From positions 56,296-120,295 of IMG/VR virus record IMGVR_UViG_2974601178_000001: 64,000 bases of DNA, one strand, 5' to 3'. Below, piece after piece: positions 57,524-64,000 of this stretch; the stretch's first letter is position 1, and the number at the start of each line of letters is the position of its first letter. Source of the DNA: a virus (taxonomy: Duplodnaviria; Caudoviricetes). The position numbers and the translations under genes were made by a program. A model generated the notes under the pieces. The model worked only from the letters and a program-made list of their open reading frames with translations, was not told the DNA's origin and made no database searches.

Positions 57524-58981
57524 TTACTTGTTAGCGTTTAACTTCTTAAGGTTAATTGCTAGTTGCTCTTCGATACTTAATGATGTAGTATCTGTTTGAG
57601 GTAATGCTTCTTCAGTAGTTTGAGGAGCAGCACCAAATTCTTCTTGAATAGTATTCATTTCAGCTTTAAGTGATTCTTCTTTAGCTGAGAACTCTGATTG
57701 AGCGGTAGCAAGTGCAGAAGTAGCTTCTTCAACTTTACCAGTTAACTCATTAACAGCCATGTCAGCAGAAGCGATAACAGTGTTTAAAAGTTCTTTATAT
57801 GTACCAGATACTTCATCAGAAAGTAATACTGACACTAAAGAATCTTTACAATCAGCAGCCCATGCGCTAGAATCTAATTTAGCTTCAAGTGCTTCTTTTG
57901 CAGCAAGTGCTTCTTTAGCTTTATAATTTGCCAATTCTGTAGAAGCTTGTTCTTTTTCTGCTTCAAGAGCGGCTAGTTTTGTTTGAAGTGTTTCAAGTTC
58001 TTGAAGTTGAGCTAACTGTGCAGCATCAACACTAGAAGCTTGCTCTGTGTTCTTCGACATTAAGATTTCCTCATCAGTCTTAGTTAATTTTGCAGCTACT
58101 TGTGTAGTGCCTTGTGTTTGCTCATAAGAGGCAGAATAGCCACCTAGGTAAGCTTGGAATTCATCTTCTTCCATGATTTTATCAATTAAACCTAGTTGTA
58201 AAGCTTTCTCTGCTTTGAACATTCTGGCTTGTGTATCACGGACAGTTTGAACAGGAATATTTCGCATTGTTGCAATGTGGGTAGTAAACTTAGCATATAA
58301 GTCATCTACGTTTTCCTGTAAGTCTTCTAAGAAACCTTTACGGAAACTACCATCATCTTCAAATGGAACCTTTTCGCTGCCAGCGGTAATGAATGTACGT
58401 TCAATACCTTCTTTCTCAAGTTGCTTACTGTTGTTAGCAAGAGAAATAACCACACCAATAGAACCTGCTTCTGCTTCTGGATTAGCAATCAACTCATGAC
58501 AAGCTGCAGCCAGACCCATACCAGCTGATGCTGCCATACCATCAATATAACCTATTAAACGGATTTTATTCTCATCTGCAATCTTACGTAACTGGGTTGC
58601 CGTAAAAATCATGCGGTACGCCTGCCCTCCTGAACTCTCTATCTTCATGAGTACAGTTTTAACACCTTCGTCAGCAAACTCTTGCATTTGAGAAAGTAAA
58701 CTTGTATAACTGCAACCACCGCATAAAGCTTCAAATCCACTCGGCTTATAAGTTGTCGGACCTTCTACTCTAAGAATACCAATGTCTTCCGAAATGTTTA
58801 GATACTCTTTTCCTTCATTGAAATCCTCTGATAAAAGAAGTTCTTCTTTATATGCATTAAGGTTTTCTCTGTTTTCAAGAACTTCTGATATTTCTCGGAA
58901 TTTAGATTCTAATATAAGTTGAGGTTTTTCTAGGATTGATTTACTAAAGCGGGGGAGTTGATGAGCTTTCTTTTTAGCCAT
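57524..58981 (-). CDS. Prohead protease (S49) fused to scaffold
   Basis: ESSGG, GMAASAG, AGSIGV, AG.EK, GLIDKI; coiled-coil C-terminus. Confidence 0.9.
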   Translation of the reverse strand: MAKKKAHQLPRFSKSILEKPQLILESKFREISEVLENRENLNAYKEELLLSEDFNEGKEYLNISEDIGILRVEGPTTYKPSGFEALCGGCSYTSLLSQMQEFADEGVKTVLMKIESSGGQAYRMIFTATQLRKIADENKIRLIGYIDGMAASAGMGLAAACHELIANPEAEAGSIGVVISLANNSKQLEKEGIERTFITAGSEKVPFEDDGSFRKGFLEDLQENVDDLYAKFTTHIATMRNIPVQTVRDTQARMFKAEKALQLGLIDKIMEEDEFQAYLGGYSASYEQTQGTTQVAAKLTKTDEEILMSKNTEQASSVDAAQLAQLQELETLQTKLAALEAEKEQASTELANYKAKEALAAKEALEAKLDSSAWAADCKDSLVSVLLSDEVSGTYKELLNTVIASADMAVNELTGKVEEATSALATAQSEFSAKEESLKAEMNTIQEEFGAAPQTTEEALPQTDTTSLSIEEQLAINLKKLNANK

Positions 58982-59096
58982 TACTCTTCCTTTTTATTAT
59001 TAGTGGAGACAAAGCAATTAATAAGAATTAATCCACTCTATCTCCTTTATTGTTACATTATAACATAGCATTGCAAATAACACAACACTTAATATA

Positions 59097-60647
59097 TTAT
59101 GCCGCATTTTCATTGTTAACATCTGAGTTATCTTGTGCATTATCCCCAGATCCTGATGTACCACCATTATCTTCCCCTTGATTATCTTCAATCTGGAAAA
59201 GCATTTCTCTTAACACTTCCGCAGGTGTATCAATTGGAACACGGTAATCTACATCCATCATATCAAGAACATAGTTTATAACGTCTGGGTGTGCTGGAAG
59301 TATACTCTTTGTACGTGAAACAAGCTTACCTGCCTCATCAGCAGATATCTTCTGAACATTACCCGCTTTCCACTTAGGCATGTCCGAAGCTTTATAATCC
59401 CAATTGTTAAGTTTCATCAACTTAGGGAAAATCTGCTTATTCCACATATCATCTATGATCATAGTGTCTAGTTCAACAAAGTGTGCTTGGATAGAAGATT
59501 GCCCTTCTAAAAGGTTGTAACTTCCTCCACCGTTTTCCCCTGATAGCATATTCTGACATGCGAAACAGTTGTATATTGCACGTTTACGTTGTTCAACTAA
59601 CTCTATGATATTAAAGGCTTTTCCGCTTCCCTCAATACCTAAGAATTGAAGTTTAAACTGTGCAGCACCAGAACCATTTTCAGAATGTGTATCTGTTGGG
59701 AGAACGCAATAACTTTGATCACCAGCATGTAAGTTGGCAAGATTATCTTTTAATTGTTCAACCATCCTAGCTTCTGGTCCCGTTGGATTATCAGAGGCCG
59801 CAGCTAACAATGAACTTGGAGCACCAAGAACAGGCATACCAGCCATATCCTTTTGAACACCAATCAATGTTAAATCTTGTAAAAGTTGTTTTTCTTTCCA
59901 AGGAATATACGCTGAATCAAATACTGAGATTCCAGCAGGTTGTGTTGGGGTAGATGAATATGAACAATAAGCCACTCGGTTAAATGGTATAGTTTGTACA
60001 CCTGAGTTACCTTTGAATCCATTGAACCCTATTGAACGAACACCATCAACACCTTCAAAAGCTGATTGCGATTGATTCAAAGAGGTTATTCTATCTCCAT
60101 TAGGTGTAGTTGCCCAAGGAGTGATCTTATCTAAAGTGAGAGGATGAATATAAGCAAGTTTTTTAAGCTTCCACTTATCATTCCATTCTGCATCACCATT
60201 TTCAAACACCATCTCAAAAGGAGACCATCCATCACGGATCATTGCAGCAGAACACATACCTATCACTAAAGGGGTTTGTCCAAATAAGTTTTCCATGTTA
60301 TATTCAAGGAACTCTTTGATGCGAAGTGATTCTTCTGAGTTTACATCGTATTTGAATTTACCCTTAGCTTGAGCTTTTGCAACAGCCATACTTCTTGCAG
60401 AAAAACAAGTAGCTATTGCATCATCGTTTAACATTTGCTGGTATGTGGTTAGTCGTTGCGTCCGACTGAGTTCCCAAGGTTTAAGGATATCAATTTGACG
60501 CTTGACAAACTCTATTGCTGCAGTGGATAATTGTTTATTAGCGGAACGTTGTTCCCGAGTTGAATTAGGGGGAGTGGCATTTGTTGCAGCCATGTTAGCA
60601 CGTTTAGAAGAATTTTTCTTCCTTCTGCGCCTAGTCTTATTAGCCAT
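59097..60647 (-). CDS. Portal protein
   Basis: YQQM..D, GWSPFEMV, Y.PW.EK, DMAGMP; follows terL. Confidence 0.85.
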   Translation of the reverse strand: MANKTRRRRKKNSSKRANMAATNATPPNSTREQRSANKQLSTAAIEFVKRQIDILKPWELSRTQRLTTYQQMLNDDAIATCFSARSMAVAKAQAKGKFKYDVNSEESLRIKEFLEYNMENLFGQTPLVIGMCSAAMIRDGWSPFEMVFENGDAEWNDKWKLKKLAYIHPLTLDKITPWATTPNGDRITSLNQSQSAFEGVDGVRSIGFNGFKGNSGVQTIPFNRVAYCSYSSTPTQPAGISVFDSAYIPWKEKQLLQDLTLIGVQKDMAGMPVLGAPSSLLAAASDNPTGPEARMVEQLKDNLANLHAGDQSYCVLPTDTHSENGSGAAQFKLQFLGIEGSGKAFNIIELVEQRKRAIYNCFACQNMLSGENGGGSYNLLEGQSSIQAHFVELDTMIIDDMWNKQIFPKLMKLNNWDYKASDMPKWKAGNVQKISADEAGKLVSRTKSILPAHPDVINYVLDMMDVDYRVPIDTPAEVLREMLFQIEDNQGEDNGGTSGSGDNAQDNSDVNNENAA

Positions 60648-60792
60648 TGTATCTCCTGTTGGAAAAGGAGAACATTTCTCCTAAATGTAGATGTTTCCGC
60701 AATGTTATATTATTACGGAAACTTTATTAATTCTTGTTATAAGAGATATTATAACACAAGGGGTTTATTTTGGCAACAGAACCCACTTCCCG

Positions 60793-63560
60793 TCATCGGA
60801 TAGACTTGCGGTAAGATGTGTATGCTGTTGGGGAAGTGGTGTCTGGGAGGCTGTAGGCGCGGATTACCTTGTTGGAATTTAACACAGAGAAGGCATCACT
60901 GGTTGCATCTAACATATCATCCTTAGATCTTCTCATGTCTTTAGGTATCCCAGTGAAATTTTCAAGTTCCCCGAAGTAATCTTTATTCCAATCTGCCCTT
61001 ACATACTTAACTAGACCCGTTTCAGCGGCAATAGAGAAAGGCTGGAACCTGTCTACTTTCGCTTTATTGGTTTTTGTTGTAGTAGCCCTAAAACCTAAAC
61101 TAGTTAGTTCTGAAATGAAACCTTTTATATATCTTTGGGACGCAGGGTTGGGGTCTGTCGGTAAGTATATAACTACGCTATCTCCATACTGCTCTTTATC
61201 TTCGTATGCAGTCTTTATAATAAGATCTTCCACTTTCGCAGCAGAGAATCTTTCTCTTACTACATCTTCTACTACGTATTGCCAAGTTTTATCTAAAGAG
61301 GATTCTTGACTTTTACTCATAAGTACTCCTGCGGTATAATCAGGATTTCTAGCGTAACTACCTGAAGGAGAAGACGGATCATATTCTGTCCCAGCCAAAT
61401 CCCATGCTCTACACCTAGAGGCATTAGCAGGTAATTTATCTACAGGAGATAACCATTCTCGGTTAAAGTACATACAACCTGTTTCAGTGTTATGCCAACA
61501 ACCAAGAAGTAATTGCTTACGTTTTGCTTCTGGTAAAGAGTCAAGAGAGGACTTATAATCGATTTCAAGGTCTTGGAGAATTTTATTGTCTTCGATCGTA
61601 GACGGGATTAACGTATAAGTCTTAGCGTTCTTGTCAGGGAACTTTTTCTTCAACTCTTCTCTATCCCAATCGGAATGTAATACCCCACCAACCATAACAA
61701 AATATCTTATCTTACAGGCGAGTTCTTTATCAGGGTAGCCTTCCTCGTTAAGAAAAGGTTTTACCCAGTCGTACACAAAATGTCCACCGTCTGGATTAAG
61801 CGTCATACGAGCACAAGATTTAACTTTAGCTTTAGATCTAAGACGAGAACGTATTACATCGAAACAATACTCACTCTGTCTTTGAAATTCATCAAAGTAC
61901 ACTCTTGAAAGCTCAGCTCCGTACCCTATAATCATTTCAGATTATCAGACTATAACATCACTATCACTAGTGTCAGAAGATTTAGTCGTTGCGGGTGTAG
62001 TATTCATATTTTGCAGTGTTTTGTGAAGTATTAGATTAGATTCAAAAGTGGCTCCGTACCTTTTTAAATTAGTTTGGTTAGCTATGATATTTATAATAAA
62101 GTCGTATTGATCTTTCTTCAAAACTAAATGTTTCCCGAAGTAACTTAATTTATCTCTGGAAGAATAGTTAAGAGTAAGGGCATATCTTATACAATTTTTA
62201 TCTTTATGCACCCTACCACCAAAACATTTATGTATAAGGTTTATAGCAGTAGCTTGTGTTTCATGACTTACTATAGATAATCTAAATTCGACTAGACCTG
62301 TTTTCTTATTGAAGTAAGAGTTTAAACTTCCATCTCCATCAATATAACCTGCCATCCATTTCCTAGAAGGGAAATTTCTCTCTGGTGAGGTTTGTAATCT
62401 AGCTAACTGTATCTGTTTTCTTATAAGTTTTGTTTCTTCTTTAGTACAAAAAACTTTATCTAATTCTAATACTTTTTCTGCAACAGGTTTCTTTATTATT
62501 AAGTGATTCTTCACTTGTTGAATAAATTTTATAGCTTTTGAGCAGTTTAGTGTAACACAAAGGCAGCCTTTAGATTCAGTAACTTTAACATTGAATTCTT
62601 TAGCTAAATCATCTAAAACTTTCCTTCTTTTCTCTATCTGGTAGAGAGTGCATCTAATTTGTGAATAGTAACTATTTTCTGATCTTTTTGTGAATTGAAC
62701 ATCAAACGTACCATCTGCATCAAACAAACCTGCATAATATTTTATATTTTTAATCATCTTGAACTTCTGTCCTGTATTGGATTAATTTTCTACTTCCCTC
62801 GTGTTGCAAGAACAAGTCTTGTTTCCACGTTATTTACTTCTGATTTTACATTCCCAGTTATGTTAAGGAATCGGCATCTTTATCATGTTGTAGGTATGAG
62901 AAAGTTGATTTGGCTCCCGATGGGAAAGTTATCACGTGCTTTTGATAGTTTATGTGGGCCTTCCCTATAAACTTCCCTTCTTTTTTATGTCCTTGCGGAT
63001 ATTTTAAAAAAGGTTCGTACATTTTCAAGGCTTCTGGCCATAAATTTGTTTCTAGCTCTATAGTGGTATTACGAAAAAATACACTGAAGTAGAGTGGGTC
63101 ACCTACATACTTGAGATTATCAAATAGTATCGCCCATGTTTTACCCTTTATAATTTTATACTCGCTACAGTATTTCCACAGTTTCCTGTGTAATTGGACT
63201 ATATCTTCATCTTTTAAAAGATGCCTACCGTTTCAAACCACCAATAGCTTGTGGTCTTACAGAGCTACACTCATCACTCTTAGTCTCTTGACACAACGAT
63301 CATTAATCGCCTTTGTAACGGATTGCCTTGGAGTAGATACTCTTTAGGTTTCCCATTTTAGATAGGTTATTGTCATTCGTATCACTACGAAAGGGAGGCA
63401 ATAATTAACAACCTCCGCCGCCTCCACCGTAAAATATGAAATCTATTTCTTCACCTTTACCGTAAGCTAAGCCTTCCTCTGATAAGCCATCTGTTTTTAT
63501 AGAAACAAATTGTTGTTGCCTACCTTCCTGAGGTTTCATAACATTATTTTTCTTTGTCAT
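60793..63560 (-). CDS. terL: Terminase large subunit, spliced: join(63560-63411, 63145-62866, 61925-60793), 520 aa
   Basis: Splicing rebuilds Walker A FYGGGGGG|GKT and DADS-W-YGAELSRVYFDE; AWDLA and DDMLDA nuclease motifs. Confidence 0.92.
61926..62865 (-). mobile_element. Group I intron 2 of terL (940 nt, LAGLIDADG-encoding)
   Basis: P1 UUCCU/GGGAA with U.G; P7 GACUA/UAGUC; terminal G. Confidence 0.88.
61945..62757 (-). CDS. Intron-encoded double-motif LAGLIDADG homing endonuclease
   Basis: YYAGLFDADG and WMAGYIDGDG. Confidence 0.9.
   Translation of the reverse strand: MIKNIKYYAGLFDADGTFDVQFTKRSENSYYSQIRCTLYQIEKRRKVLDDLAKEFNVKVTESKGCLCVTLNCSKAIKFIQQVKNHLIIKKPVAEKVLELDKVFCTKEETKLIRKQIQLARLQTSPERNFPSRKWMAGYIDGDGSLNSYFNKKTGLVEFRLSIVSHETQATAINLIHKCFGGRVHKDKNCIRYALTLNYSSRDKLSYFGKHLVLKKDQYDFIINIIANQTNLKRYGATFESNLILHKTLQNMNTTPATTKSSDTSDSDVIV
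63146..63410 (-). mobile_element. Group I intron 1 of terL (265 nt, no ORF) inside Walker A
   Basis: P1 GGAGGU/GCCUCC; P7 GACUA/UAGUC; terminal G. Confidence 0.9.
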
Positions 63561-64000
63561 TATCTTTCCCGTTCATTAATCTATTATATTTCATACCTAA
63601 TTCTTTCCTTTTGCTTTGTACTGTTGTTCTTGATAAGTTTAGTAAAGATGAAACCTGTTTAGTGGTTAAACTTGTATCTTTTATTAAAGACAATTCATCT
63701 TCTGTCCACTCTCTTTTGGAAACCCAAGACCCTTGTTTTACAGAAGGAATATTAAGTTCACTTCTTTTACTAGTTACACGAGTTAAAGGAACATTGAATT
63801 TTTCTGATAAACTGGAGTCACTTTCTTTACCTAGTAAGTTTACAAGTTCTTTAGGAAGGTCATAGTCGGGGTTTTTAAATCTAGGTATACCTAATAGCTT
63901 TCTTCGGTCACTTATAGAGGAAGTGGATATACTGATCGCGTTAGATAGGTCTTTATCAGACATAGTACCTAGTAGACTATCATGATCTGTCCAATCGAAC
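63544..64000 (-). CDS. HTH-repeat DNA-binding protein, 5' end beyond window edge
   Basis: Three W/L..LLG..SD..LS....V..KR..LGI repeats; frame stays open to the edge (FDWTDHDSLLGT-M). Confidence 0.6.
   Translation of the reverse strand, partial: FDWTDHDSLLGTMSDKDLSNAISISTSSISDRRKLLGIPRFKNPDYDLPKELVNLLGKESDSSLSEKFNVPLTRVTSKRSELNIPSVKQGSWVSKREWTEDELSLIKDTSLTTKQVSSLLNLSRTTVQSKRKELGMKYNRLMNGKDNDKEK

Noticed and set aside
34580-63865. Plus-strand ORFs within the virion block (e.g. 34580, 37281, 43826, 47127, 58275, 63554)
   Set aside because: Antisense shadows of well-supported minus-strand genes; no RBS or recognisable motifs
1-64000. tRNA/rRNA genes, integrase or repressor module
   Set aside because: No cloverleaf with T-loop GTTCRA/CCA, and no recombinase or CI-like gene recognised by eye; tRNAscan-SE would be the decisive test

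Overview
This window is 64 kb of an AT-rich, apparently lytic contractile-tailed phage (myovirus). The host is probably a gammaproteobacterium such as Vibrio, which is inferred from the host-factor motifs and the tail-fibre type. Layout: (1) 1-7.9 kb looks like a terminal/early region. It has small leftward genes (an Ocr-like acidic protein, denV) and long non-coding stretches packed with host protein binding motifs: Fur, sigma54, ArgR, IHF, DnaA and a GATC island. (2) 7.9-20.6 kb holds leftward accessory genes: HNH-AP2 nucleases, a macrodomain, a second divergent family-A 'TV-Pol'-like polymerase, PNK with RNA ligase, and a transglycosylase. (3) 20.8-33.1 kb holds rightward replication genes (primase-helicase, DNA polymerase A, SSB-like). 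Among them is a transposase-free, catalytically intact TnpB/Cas12f-like nuclease followed by a separately promoted structured RNA. (4) 33.4-64 kb is the leftward virion operon from terminase to two tail fibres. Two genes missed as whole ORFs are split by group I introns. The tape measure gene has three introns with 25-nt and 39-nt micro-exons, and the large terminase has two. The best candidates for undescribed biology are the solo TnpB with its own guide-RNA locus, the terminal array of host transcription/replication-factor sites, the TV-Pol module and the intron clusters. All motif, fold and count statements were made by eye, without database searches.
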